Source: Kiritimatiellia bacterium
Lineage (GTDB): Bacteria; Verrucomicrobiota; Kiritimatiellia; JAAZAB01
Direction of reading: 5' to 3'
Length of the DNA: 40,064 bases
Assembly: GCA_040775225.1 (NCBI GenBank)
Contig: JAXGSX010000002.1
Location: 1-40,064, forward strand
Both the position numbers and the translations under genes were made by a program. Below, piece by piece: positions 1 to 8,990 of this stretch; positions within the stretch are counted from its first letter, which is position 1, and every line of letters starts with the position of its first letter. The notes beneath the pieces were generated by a model. The model ran no database searches and was not told the origin of the DNA. It saw only the letters and a list, made by a program, of their open reading frames with translations.

Positions 1-62
1 AAATATCACCAAAAACACACGGCGCTGTTTGGCGGAAAAGACCGCCCTGCGGGTGAGGCCAT

Positions 63-223
63 TATGCCGCATCTGCTTTGTTGCGAAGGATCCCGCTTTG
101 CGGGATAAATTTGCGGCTTGTCCCGCAACAGCGGGATATATGAATACAGCTTCATCCTTCGCGCCCACGCGCTACGCGTGGCAAGCGCGCATCCCTGTCC
201 CAATCAGATTGGGATGCGGCATA
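63..223. repeat. Nested inverted-repeat element. An 11-nt perfect inverted repeat (63-73 TATGCCGCATC / 213-223 GATGCGGCATA) encloses a second 7-nt pair (83-89 GCGAAGG / 156-162 CCTTCGC) and four local hairpins
   Basis: Read directly from the sequence. Hairpins are ATCCCGC-TTT-GCGGGAT (90-106), TCCCGC-AACA-GCGGGA (121-136), CCACGCG-CTA-CGCGTGG (165-181) and CCCAAT-CAG-ATTGGG (199-213). The element lies 73 nt upstream of the tsaC ATG. Confidence 0.6.
81..141 (+). repeat. Tandem direct repeat of two 30/31-nt units, each with the same hairpin core (TTGCG-N5-TCCCGC-N3/4-GCGGGATA-N-AT)
   Basis: Unit 1 (81-110) is TTGCGAAGGATCCCGCTTTGCGGGATAAAT. Unit 2 (111-141) is TTGCGGCTTGTCCCGCAACAGCGGGATATAT. 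They match at 21 of 30 positions, including both stem arms. Confidence 0.6.
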
Positions 224-295
224 CTGACCTCATCACGGATTCAGGGTCCAGCCTTGAACGGCAAGGGAAACCAGGAAATTCAGCCAACATCCAGC

Positions 296-1300
296 ATGGA
301 AACCATTGACCCGCCAACCCCGCCGGCCGGCCCGGCATCCCGCGCCGGCATTCCGGCTGCCGCCGCCTGCCTGAGGGCCGGCGGCCTGGCGGTTTTCCCC
401 ACCGAGACGGTTTACGGGCTGGGCGCCGTCTTTGACAACCTGCCGGCGCTGGCCCGGATTTTCGAAATCAAAAACCGGCCCCGCTTCGATCCGCTGATCG
501 TGCATATCGCCGACATGGCGCAGCTGGCCGGACTGGCCGCCGATATCCCGCCGGCCGCCCTGGCCCTGGCGGAGAAATTCTGGCCCGGGCCGCTGACCAT
601 GGTGCTGCCGAAACGCGCCTGCGTCCCCGACCTGGCTACCGCCGGCATGCCCAGCGTGGCCTTGCGCATGCCTCGGCATCCGCTGGCGCTGGAACTGATC
701 AAAAACGCCGGCGCGCCGCTTGCGGCGCCCAGCGCCAACCGGTTCGGCGGCATCAGCCCGACTACCGCCGCGGCGGCGCGTGCGGAACTGGGTACGGCCG
801 TGGAGATCTACCTGGACGGCGGCCCTTGCGCCGTGGGGCTGGAATCCACCGTGCTTTCGCTGCTGGAGCCGGTTCCGGTTCTCCTGCGGCCCGGGGGCAT
901 AACTCTCGAGGCACTGACCGAAATTGCCGGGGCCGTGCGCCTGCCCGCAGGAGATGCCGAACACCGCCGCCTCAGTCCCGGGGGACTCCCGCGCCATTAT
1001 GCCCCGGCCACGCCGCTGCGCCTGTGGCAGCCACCCCACCCGCCGCCGGATGCCGGGCGCGCGGCATTGCTGACACCCTTCCCCGCGCCGGGCGCCGAAG
1101 CTTTCGCCCGGGCTGAAATCCTGGCGCCCGACGGCGACTTGGCCGCCGCCGCCGCCAGTTTTTTTGCCGCGCTGCGCCGGCTGGATGCGGCGGGCGCGCC
1201 GTTAATATACGCGGTCCTGGCGCCGGAAACCGGCCTGGGCCGGGCCATCAACGACCGTTTGCGCCGCGCCGCCGCGGATGGCCGTGCGGTATATTCCTGA
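296..1300 (+). CDS. tsaC: L-threonylcarbamoyladenylate synthase, long Sua5/YwlC form (YrdC domain plus Sua5 C-terminal domain), for tRNA t6A synthesis
   Basis: Motifs seen are FPTETVYGLGA, KNRPRFDPLIVHI, PGPLTMVL, VALRMPRHP, APSANRFGGISPT and GLESTV. The in-frame ATG at 296 gives 334 aa. The track ORF starting at 29 adds an implausible N-terminal extension. Confidence 0.9.
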   Translation: METIDPPTPPAGPASRAGIPAAAACLRAGGLAVFPTETVYGLGAVFDNLPALARIFEIKNRPRFDPLIVHIADMAQLAGLAADIPPAALALAEKFWPGPLTMVLPKRACVPDLATAGMPSVALRMPRHPLALELIKNAGAPLAAPSANRFGGISPTTAAAARAELGTAVEIYLDGGPCAVGLESTVLSLLEPVPVLLRPGGITLEALTEIAGAVRLPAGDAEHRRLSPGGLPRHYAPATPLRLWQPPHPPPDAGRAALLTPFPAPGAEAFARAEILAPDGDLAAAAASFFAALRRLDAAGAPLIYAVLAPETGLGRAINDRLRRAAADGRAVYS

Positions 1301-1416
1301 GCCCGCCCGCAAAGTTCATGCACGTCATAGCGGCCAAGAAACTGGCCGTCCTGCCAATGCGGGACTGTTGTTCCGCGCTTTCCCTGCAAAAACGCTACAG
1401 GCAGGCCCGGCGAACT

Positions 1417-4400
1417 TTACTGGCGGCGCCGGCTGGCGGCGCCTGGCACAATGACAAAATGCGCGCTCGCATGCGGCGCCAGTTCCAGGCTGAGCCGCAA
1501 ATATCCGGCGTTTTGTTCCACCAGGCTCCAAGCGCAATCGCACCGAACGCGCGCGGGATTCAGGTTGGGCAGACGGATGGTCAGCACCGGCCGGATAGTT
1601 AGAGCCGGCGCCGGGTGGTTGTCTTCCATGATGACGATGTTCGCCTGTCCGCGGCGATCGTAAAAGGCGATCAACTTGCCCGCGGTGGATTCGACCGCCG
1701 GCCGGCCGGCCCAGCGCAAAGCCAGCGCCATGGCCCGATTCATCATCCGGCTGCGGCTTTCCTTGCCGTAAGACACCAGGTTTTTCAAATCCATGCGCTG
1801 GACCATGGTCGGGGGTATGGTGAAAAACGCCGTCCGCCCCCGCCGGGTCTGCCGGCACACCAGGGCCGCCGCCAGTTTCCGCCCCCGCGCGTCCAGGCCC
1901 TCGATCACTGTCTCCGCGCCGGCGGCATCGTACGCCGTCCGGCAATGCGGCGTAGCGCATTCTTCCGCCGCGTCCGGCAAGCCCCGCCAAATGCCGGAGC
2001 GGCCGGCCGCAGTCCGCAGGGCGCGCAGGCGCACCGGCCGATCCATGCGCCGTACGCCGAACAAGTCGGCCAGGCTGCCGGCTTCCTCAAAACCGATCAA
2101 AGCGACCCCGTGCGCGTGGAGGCGGCGAATCGCCTGTTGGATTTCCATGGAGACTCCGGTCAGCGGCGGCAGCACCAGGGTATGCGCGTCCGCCGGATCG
2201 AGCTTGTCAATCGCCGCCAAGTCGGCCAGGAATCCGGCCTGCTGGCCGTCCAGGCGCGCCTGCTCATAAGCAAAGGCGGGGGCTTCCTCGGCCGTATTGA
2301 CGACATCGTGATAGCCCAGGCGCAGCTCAAAATCAGGATTGACGCGGGTGGGGGTAAAAACATCCGGATGGGCCAGGCAGGCGTCGCGGCTGACGGCAAA
2401 CGCGGTTGTCCGCAGCGGCCGGGCCGGGGGATGCCGGCGAATGCCTCCCCAGGCGCGGAGCATCGCGGTGTAATGCTCCCTGGTCCAGGCCATGGCCTGG
2501 AAACCATAGTCCCGCCAGTAATGCCAGCCGGCGGCGTCGAACCAGGCCGCGGCCCAGGCGTACTCGTAAAAAGTTTTGCGGAAAAATGGCGGCGGGGTAT
2601 GCGAATGGCCGTAAGGCGGCATCCCGTACACCGGCCGCAAATCGCTGGCGCAGCCGTTGACGCCGTAGACTTCCGGATAAATCTTCAGGCCCGGCCCTTC
2701 CAGTTTCAAGGCGGCAAGCATGTACACCGCGCGCTGCAGGGGATAGCCGCACATGTAGGGATAATCCTCGAGCAGCATCGGGCCGTCATAAAAACGTTCC
2801 AGGCGATGGCGCAAATCGCGGCCGGTGTACCGCGCGAAATAGGCGCCTTTATAGGCCGAGCCGTAGGGCGGATAAATACCGTAAGTCACCCACTCCGCCG
2901 CGGAATTCACGGCGCGCAGCCGCCGTTGCATGGCCGGCAAATGTTCATGCAGCATGTACTGGTTGAAAAATTCCACCCACTCCTTCCAATGCCGGGTGAG
3001 GAGTTCGCCATACATTTCGAAGCTCAAGACGCCGCTCCGCTCAATAGCCGCAGCGTCCAGGCAGGCGGATGCCCCGTTCCGCCCCCGGCGGCCAGCCGCG
3101 GACGCCGCCGGCGGATGCCGCCGGAGGAATTTCAGCAATGCGTCCATGACCACCCGGTCGTAACCGCCATGCCACAGATCGTGCCGTTGGTTCCAATAAA
3201 TGCGGTCCGCATGCGGCAGGACATCCTGGTTTTGTTCCGGCTCTTTCTGTGGAGTCATACGGCGGTGCAATTCCACCACCCACTTGCGCCGGTAAAGGTG
3301 CACCACATCCCATATCCGGTCGCGCCGCGCCGGTAAAACCTGGTGGCAGGAATTGGCCAGGTAATGCGCGGCATTCACCCCCCGCCCCACCCAGGGATCG
3401 AAAGCGCCGGTTTCCGTGGCGTAATCGGGTATATCCGGAATCAGGTCCGGCAGCCCGGAAGCCTCCGGGGGCGAAGGCGCCGCCGGATCGGCGGACAGCA
3501 CTTCAAACGCGCTCCTGGTCGCAAGGATCATTTCCTCGCCGCGGCGCAATTCCGCGCGGAGGTGATACACCCCAACCCGCAGTCCCGGGAAAATCACCGG
3601 CGCGGAGAAGGTGGCGACGCCCAGCCGGGCGGCCAGTTGCGCCGATAAAGCATCGCCGGCCGCGGTGAGTTTCACCGGAGATGCCTGTTTTTCAGGCGCT
3701 TGATAAGCATCCTCCAAAGTCACCTGGAGCGACAAATCCCCGGCGCGTAAATCCGGCCGGCGATGGCGCAGCCGGCAGGTCAGCCGCACGGGTTCGGAAG
3801 TCAGGAAAAAGTGGTTGTTCCGGGCGAAGGCCAGCGCCTCCGCCCGGCGTTTTTCGGTCCGGGGTATCATGCCGACGATCTGCTTGTCGGGCGGCGACAG
3901 GATTTCCAATACCGCCGCGCCGGGATCGAGCGCCGGGCCAGCGTAAACCACTTTCCCGGTCCGCGGGCATACCAGCATTTCCGCCGGCCCGCCCGCCAGC
4001 GCCAGGCGGTCTTCCGCCTCGTAATATTCATAGCCCAGCGCCAGCCAGGTCCGGTCCGGCAAATCCCGGAACGGCAGTTCCCGGCGCGCCGGACCTTCCG
4101 CCTCGCAGGGCAAATCGCCGGATGAGCGCGGATTCCAATGTTCCCGCAACCCCAGCGAACCGGTATGCAGGTAATATTTCTCCGGCGCGCCGCCGCTTTC
4201 CAACCTGACATACGGCCGCGTCAAGCGGGAATTGCCGCGCAATCCGCGGAAGTCGCATACCGACGGCGGCCGCTGCATGGGTCCGCCTTCAATCACCGCC
4301 GCCAGCTTCGTCCGCCGCGGGCTGCGCCAGCCGGCGACGCGGAAGCGCCAGGGATCGGTCATCCCGTTCAAATCGGCGGGCACATCAAAGACGCGTTCCG

Positions 4401-5046
4401 GCCAGAGCCGCCGCCACGTTTCCCGTTCGCGCGACTGAATTTGCACCTGCCGGATATCCAGCGCATAAAACTGCGCCGCGTAAGCGCGGTCCAGCGCAAT
4501 CAGCCCCGGCCCATCAAAAGCGCGCGCCGGATCGGCGAACCGCGCCGCGCAAAAATCCTGGTGGTAAAGCGTAAATTCACGGGGCCCGATGTCCAGGCGC
4601 AGGCGGCAATCCGACGCCGGCGGCGTCACGGGCGCGCCGGGCAGGCGCGGCGCGCGCGCCAGGGTGTCAATATTCCCGGCACGATAAACGCCGAAGACGG
4701 TTTCCAGCCCCTGATCGCCGCCCCAGGCATGCTGGATGCAATACCCGGCGCGCCGGCGCTCGTCATACCGGAAATAAAAGCGCAAGGCGCACCGCGCGCT
4801 GTACGAATCGCTGCGCGCCGTCAGCGCCACTTGCGCCGTCCGCAACGGGGGCGCCGGCGGGAAATGCAGATTGCCGGGGAACAGGATGCGCAGGGCGCCG
4901 CCGCGGATTTCCGCCAGATCGTGGGACAAATCGGCATGGCGTTCAATCGCCCATCCCTGCGGGGCCGCTCCATCCAGCTGGGCGCGGAAATCATCCTGAT
5001 AAATCATCTTGCCTGATGCCGCTGATTGCCGGGATAGTTTTTTCAT
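1417..5046 (-). CDS. Large uncharacterised protein (1209 aa) without a signal peptide. It has a possible concanavalin/LamG-like N-terminal domain, an aromatic-rich central region and a possible class-I-amidotransferase-like module near the C-terminus
   Basis: A single uninterrupted 3.6-kb frame. The start is chosen at MKKLSRQ (ATG at 5046) preceded by AAGGA. No catalytic family motif was recognised by eye. The segment HTLVLPPLTGVSMEIQQAIRRLHAHGVALIGFEEAG resembles the GH42 trimerisation / ThuA-like fold. Confidence 0.7.
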   Translation of the reverse strand: MKKLSRQSAASGKMIYQDDFRAQLDGAAPQGWAIERHADLSHDLAEIRGGALRILFPGNLHFPPAPPLRTAQVALTARSDSYSARCALRFYFRYDERRRAGYCIQHAWGGDQGLETVFGVYRAGNIDTLARAPRLPGAPVTPPASDCRLRLDIGPREFTLYHQDFCAARFADPARAFDGPGLIALDRAYAAQFYALDIRQVQIQSRERETWRRLWPERVFDVPADLNGMTDPWRFRVAGWRSPRRTKLAAVIEGGPMQRPPSVCDFRGLRGNSRLTRPYVRLESGGAPEKYYLHTGSLGLREHWNPRSSGDLPCEAEGPARRELPFRDLPDRTWLALGYEYYEAEDRLALAGGPAEMLVCPRTGKVVYAGPALDPGAAVLEILSPPDKQIVGMIPRTEKRRAEALAFARNNHFFLTSEPVRLTCRLRHRRPDLRAGDLSLQVTLEDAYQAPEKQASPVKLTAAGDALSAQLAARLGVATFSAPVIFPGLRVGVYHLRAELRRGEEMILATRSAFEVLSADPAAPSPPEASGLPDLIPDIPDYATETGAFDPWVGRGVNAAHYLANSCHQVLPARRDRIWDVVHLYRRKWVVELHRRMTPQKEPEQNQDVLPHADRIYWNQRHDLWHGGYDRVVMDALLKFLRRHPPAASAAGRRGRNGASACLDAAAIERSGVLSFEMYGELLTRHWKEWVEFFNQYMLHEHLPAMQRRLRAVNSAAEWVTYGIYPPYGSAYKGAYFARYTGRDLRHRLERFYDGPMLLEDYPYMCGYPLQRAVYMLAALKLEGPGLKIYPEVYGVNGCASDLRPVYGMPPYGHSHTPPPFFRKTFYEYAWAAAWFDAAGWHYWRDYGFQAMAWTREHYTAMLRAWGGIRRHPPARPLRTTAFAVSRDACLAHPDVFTPTRVNPDFELRLGYHDVVNTAEEAPAFAYEQARLDGQQAGFLADLAAIDKLDPADAHTLVLPPLTGVSMEIQQAIRRLHAHGVALIGFEEAGSLADLFGVRRMDRPVRLRALRTAAGRSGIWRGLPDAAEECATPHCRTAYDAAGAETVIEGLDARGRKLAAALVCRQTRRGRTAFFTIPPTMVQRMDLKNLVSYGKESRSRMMNRAMALALRWAGRPAVESTAGKLIAFYDRRGQANIVIMEDNHPAPALTIRPVLTIRLPNLNPARVRCDCAWSLVEQNAGYLRLSLELAPHASAHFVIVPGAASRRRQ

Positions 5047-5089
5047 GGGTAATCCTTTGCGCCTTAAACTACGGCAGCGGCCAAAAAAA

Positions 5090-5107
5090 ACAAGCAAATT
5101 TGCTTGT
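5090..5107. promoter_or_regulatory. 18-bp perfect palindrome ACAAGCAAATTTGCTTGT, preceded by an A8 run, in the divergent intergenic region. It is a candidate operator
   Basis: The palindrome is seen directly. It overlaps the -35 of the predicted kinase promoter and lies 44 nt upstream of the start of the 1209-aa gene. Confidence 0.4.
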
Positions 5108-5133
5108 CATACCGGCCGCCTTCCGGCTAAAAT
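5104..5133 (+). promoter_or_regulatory. Candidate sigma70-type promoter for the hybrid kinase (TTGTCA-N18-TAAAAT)
   Basis: Hexamers are at 5104-5109 and 5128-5133. Downstream, a 9-bp perfect stem (5161-5169 GCCGGCTGC / 5185-5193 GCAGCCGGC) sits in the leader. Confidence 0.35.
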
Positions 5134-5216
5134 TCGCCGCTGATGATTTTTAAGATTGAAGCCGGCTGCGGCGCCGCGGTTCTTGCAGCCGGCAATGATG
5201 GTTGATTCCGTATCAT

Positions 5217-8200
5217 ATGCCAAGCAAAAAAATCCTGCCGCCCGCCTGGATAATCATATCCTTCGTTATCGTCATGCTGGCCCTGTCCGCCGCCGCGGGC
5301 TGGTACTACCAGCATGAAAAAAACATGATCCGTCAACGGGCCGTGGATCATTTAACATCCATCGGACGCCTGAAGGCCGATCAAATCACCGCCTGGCGCA
5401 AGGAACGGCTGGCCGACGCCGCCGTCCTGGCCAAGGGCGTTGTGCTGACCGATAACATTGTCCAGTTTCTGGCCGGGCCCGGCGCAGAACAAGTCCGGAA
5501 ATTGAAATCCGGGCTGAACCATTACAAGGATCATTACCATTACTCCGATGTGCTGCTGTTGGACGCGCAGGGCGCTTGCCGGCTCAACCTCTCGGGCAGG
5601 CAGATGGCGGCGGACAAATTCCGGCAGGCGCTGGCGCCCGCCTTTGAAACGCGGCTGCCTTACCTGACCGATCTGCACGCCGACCAGGATATTCCCGCCA
5701 CGCATGTCGGCGCGATCGCCCCCATTTTCGCCGGGGACGATCCGGACGCGGAGCCATTGGGCGCGGTCATCCTGGTCAGCGATGCCGATCAATACCTCTA
5801 TCCGCTGTTGCGCGCCTGGCCCGCTCCCAGCGCAACCGCCGAAACCATCATCTGCCGCCGGGAAGGCGGAGAGGTGTTGTTCCTTACGCCGCTGCGGCAT
5901 CTAGCGGATTCAGCCCTGCGCCTGCGCATCCCGCTGACCCATACGAACACGCCGGCGGTCCGAGCGGCCATGGGCCATGCAGGCGTCGCGGCGGGAGTGG
6001 ACTACCGCGGCGCCAGGGTTTTGTCATACGTGACCGCCATATCCAACACGCCCTGGCTGCTGGTGGCCAAGCAGGATGAAGCGGAAATTTTCGCCGATTG
6101 GCGATACCGCAGCCGTATGATACGGGGAACTTTCCTCGCATGCGCCATCGGCATCATCGGCATTCTGGCAGCCGCCTGGCAGCGAAACAACAAGGCGCAT
6201 TACCGCGCCCTGTACCAAGCCGAAGCCCGCCGGCGCGCCGCCGCGGAAGAGGAAGCCATCATCCTGCGGGCCATCGGCGATGCGGTCATCGCCACCGGCA
6301 AGGACGGCCGGGTCAACCTGATGAACAGCGCGGCCGGGGAGCTCACCGGCTGGAGCGAGGATGCGGCCCGCGGCCAGCCCCTGGCGAAGGTGTTTAACAT
6401 CATCAGCGAAGAAACCAGGAAGCCGGCGGAAAACCCGGTGACGCGAGTGCTGCGCGAAGGCGTAATCGTCGGCCTGGCCAATCACACCCTGCTGATCTCC
6501 AGGGACGGCCGGGAGCGGCCTATCGCCGATTCCGCCGCGCCGATTTTCGATGAAAAGGGCGGCATAACCGGCGTGGTGCTGGTGTTTCGCGACAAGACCG
6601 CCGAATGGAACTACCGGGCGCTTTTCGAGAAAATGCTTGATGGATTCGCCGTGCACGAATTGATCTGCGACGCCGCCGGCCGCCCCGCGGATTACCGTTT
6701 CCTGGAAGTCAACCCCGCCGCCGAACGCATGCTGGGCCGGCCCGCCGGCGAAATCATCGGCAAAACGGTACGGCAGTTGCTTCCCACAATCGAGCCCTAC
6801 TGGATAGAAATGTACGGCCGCGTGGCGCAAACCGGCGTCCCTGCCCACTTCGAATACTTTGCGGAGCCATTGAACAAGTATTTCGAGGTCTCGGCTTTCC
6901 GCACCCATGCCCATCAATTTGCCGCCATCTTCCAGGATATCACCGTGCGCCATCAAACCGCGCAGGCGCTGCAGGACAGCGAACGCCGGCACCGGTCGCT
7001 CACCGACGACGTGCTGGACAACACGGAAGTCGGCATCATCATCCTGGACAGCCGGTTCAACGTGGTTTTGCTCAACCATGCCATCGAGCGTTTCTTCGGA
7101 CTGCGGCGGGAACAGACCGTCGGGAAAAGCAAGCGACAGCTCATCCAGGAACGGATTGCCGGCATCTTCGAAAATCCGGAGGAATTCAAAGTCCGGCTCT
7201 TCGCCACGTATGACAACAACACCTATGTTGAAAAATTTGAATGCCGGGTTATGCCCGAAGGGACGCGTGAAGGGCGCTGGCTCCAGCATTGGAGCAAACC
7301 GATCAATACCGGGCTGTATGCCGGCGGCAGGATCGAGTATTACTATGACATTACCGAACTTAAGCAGGCGGAAGAAGAGCAGCGGCGGCTGTTTTCAGCG
7401 ATTGAACAAAGCGGCGACATCGTCGTTATCACCGATCCGGAAGGCAAGATCCAGTACGTCAACCGCACCTTCGAGAAAGTCACCGGCTACAGCCGCGCGG
7501 AAGTCCTGGGCAAGAATCCGCGCATCCTGAAGAGCGGCAAGCAGGACGATGAATTTTACCGCAAGATGTGGTCTCAAATCACGGCGGGCAAGGTATTTCG
7601 CGCGCGCATGATCAACAAGACCAAGCACGAAACGTTGTACACGGAGGATGCCACCATTTCTCCGGTTTTCGAAAAAACCGGGAAAATCGTGAATTACGTG
7701 GGCGTCAAGCGCGATGTGACGGAACGCCTCTCGATGGAAGTGCAACTGCAACAGGCGCAGAAAATGGAGCTGGTCGGCCGGCTGGCCGGGGGAGTGGCCC
7801 ACGATTTCAACAACATGCTCGGCGCCATCCTGGGGAATGCGGAATTAGTCCTGGAGCAAACGCCGGCGGATTCCCCGGCTTACCCGGAAATCCAGGAAAT
7901 CATCGCCGCCGCCCGGCGCTCGGCGGACATCACACAGCAGCTGCTGGCCTTTGCCCGCAAGCAGATAACCTCGCCCAAGGTAATGGAATTGAACGATACC
8001 ATCGCCGGCATGCTCAAGATGCTGAAACGCCTGATCGGCGAGAATATTGAACTGGCCTGGCTGCCTGCCGGGACCAGATGCGTGGTGAAACTCGATCCGT
8101 CGCAGCTCAGCCAGGTGCTGGCCAATCTTTGCATCAACGCGCGGGATGCCATCCGGGATGTGGGAAAAATCATCATTGCAACCGGCAAAGTCCGGCTGGA

Positions 8201-8885
8201 CCGGCAATTCTGCGCCAGCCACCCGGGCGCCTCGCCCGGCCCGCACGTGCTGCTGAAAATCAGCGACAACGGCGCCGGCATGGATGCCGAGATGATGTCC
8301 CACCTCTTTGAGCCGTTTTACACAACCAAGGAAGTCGGCCGCGGCACCGGCCTGGGCCTGGCCACGGTGCATGGCATTGTGACGCAAAACCACGGAATTA
8401 TTTTAGCGGATAGCCGGCCGGGCGTGGGCACCACTTTCCAGATTTACTTCCCTTGCCAGGCCGACGCGGCGGTGGACCCGCCGGCGCCCCCGCCGCCGGA
8501 TTTGCCGCGGGGCCAGGGCGAGACTATCCTGCTGGTGGAGGATGAAATCGCCGTGCTGCGTCTGGCGCAGACCATGCTGAGCCGGATGGGGTACCGGGTG
8601 CTGACGGCCGCCGATCCTGAAATCGCGCTGAAACTTGCCGAAAAACATGCCGGCTCGATCAACGTCCTCATGACGGATGTAGTCATGCCCGGGATGAACG
8701 GCCGGGACCTGGCGGCCAGGATTGCCGCAATATCACCCGGACTAAAATGCCTGTTCATGTCCGGCTATACGGCCGATACCATCGCCCACCATGGGTTGCT
8801 GGATCAGAATGTCTTTTTCATTCAGAAGCCGGTTTCGCGGCAGGAGCTGGCGGCCGCCCTGCAAAAGGCGCTGGCGGCAACCTAG
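5217..8885 (+). CDS. Hybrid sensor histidine kinase: two TM helices flanking a Cache-like periplasmic domain, four PAS domains, HisKA, HATPase_c and a C-terminal receiver
   Basis: The TM helix is [24 protein letters not shown]-like blocks include [40 protein letters not shown] and [26 protein letters not shown]. The H-box is [16 protein letters not shown]. ATPase G-boxes are DNGAGM and GTGLGLA. The receiver has ILLVEDE...[16 protein letters not shown] at 5202 is an alternative start. Confidence 0.9.
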   Translation: MPSKKILPPAWIIISFVIVMLALSAAAGWYYQHEKNMIRQRAVDHLTSIGRLKADQITAWRKERLADAAVLAKGVVLTDNIVQFLAGPGAEQVRKLKSGLNHYKDHYHYSDVLLLDAQGACRLNLSGRQMAADKFRQALAPAFETRLPYLTDLHADQDIPATHVGAIAPIFAGDDPDAEPLGAVILVSDADQYLYPLLRAWPAPSATAETIICRREGGEVLFLTPLRHLADSALRLRIPLTHTNTPAVRAAMGHAGVAAGVDYRGARVLSYVTAISNTPWLLVAKQDEAEIFADWRYRSRMIRGTFLACAIGIIGILAAAWQRNNKAHYRALYQAEARRRAAAEEEAIILRAIGDAVIATGKDGRVNLMNSAAGELTGWSEDAARGQPLAKVFNIISEETRKPAENPVTRVLREGVIVGLANHTLLISRDGRERPIADSAAPIFDEKGGITGVVLVFRDKTAEWNYRALFEKMLDGFAVHELICDAAGRPADYRFLEVNPAAERMLGRPAGEIIGKTVRQLLPTIEPYWIEMYGRVAQTGVPAHFEYFAEPLNKYFEVSAFRTHAHQFAAIFQDITVRHQTAQALQDSERRHRSLTDDVLDNTEVGIIILDSRFNVVLLNHAIERFFGLRREQTVGKSKRQLIQERIAGIFENPEEFKVRLFATYDNNTYVEKFECRVMPEGTREGRWLQHWSKPINTGLYAGGRIEYYYDITELKQAEEEQRRLFSAIEQSGDIVVITDPEGKIQYVNRTFEKVTGYSRAEVLGKNPRILKSGKQDDEFYRKMWSQITAGKVFRARMINKTKHETLYTEDATISPVFEKTGKIVNYVGVKRDVTERLSMEVQLQQAQKMELVGRLAGGVAHDFNNMLGAILGNAELVLEQTPADSPAYPEIQEIIAAARRSADITQQLLAFARKQITSPKVMELNDTIAGMLKMLKRLIGENIELAWLPAGTRCVVKLDPSQLSQVLANLCINARDAIRDVGKIIIATGKVRLDRQFCASHPGASPGPHVLLKISDNGAGMDAEMMSHLFEPFYTTKEVGRGTGLGLATVHGIVTQNHGIILADSRPGVGTTFQIYFPCQADAAVDPPAPPPPDLPRGQGETILLVEDEIAVLRLAQTMLSRMGYRVLTAADPEIALKLAEKHAGSINVLMTDVVMPGMNGRDLAARIAAISPGLKCLFMSGYTADTIAHHGLLDQNVFFIQKPVSRQELAAALQKALAAT

Positions 8886-8990
8886 CCTGGGCGTATGGAA
8901 CTTGCGCGGCGCCGCATATTTGATTTGCGCAGCTGACGGGATTTTGTTAACGTGCGAGGCTGTTTTGATGAACCTTCAAACAGCCCGACC

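Noticed and set aside
64-108. A 14-codon mini-ORF (MPHLLCCEGSRFAG) with GAGG 6 nt upstream, ending inside the first hairpin. I considered it as a leader peptide for an attenuator
   Set aside because: It has no run of regulatory codons related to tsaC function and no terminator/antiterminator pair with a U-tract. The SD and ATG could easily be chance.
29-295. N-terminal extensions suggested by the ORF track (29-295 for tsaC, 12457-12819 for hisH, 13328-13435 for hisF, 25566-25703 for pnp, 26078-26128 for rpsO, 35283-35510 for the giant protein, 19312-19422 for hisC, 19411-19497 for the kinase fusion)
   Set aside because: The conserved protein N-termini begin at the internal start codons. The extensions overlap upstream genes, promoters or leaders and have non-protein-like sequences.
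8886-8990. I looked for a purine, ZTP (pfl) or other riboswitch upstream of purL
   Set aside because: No conserved riboswitch core sequences or convincing multi-stem structure are present. Only a weak TTGCGC-N17-TAACGT promoter-like match is seen.
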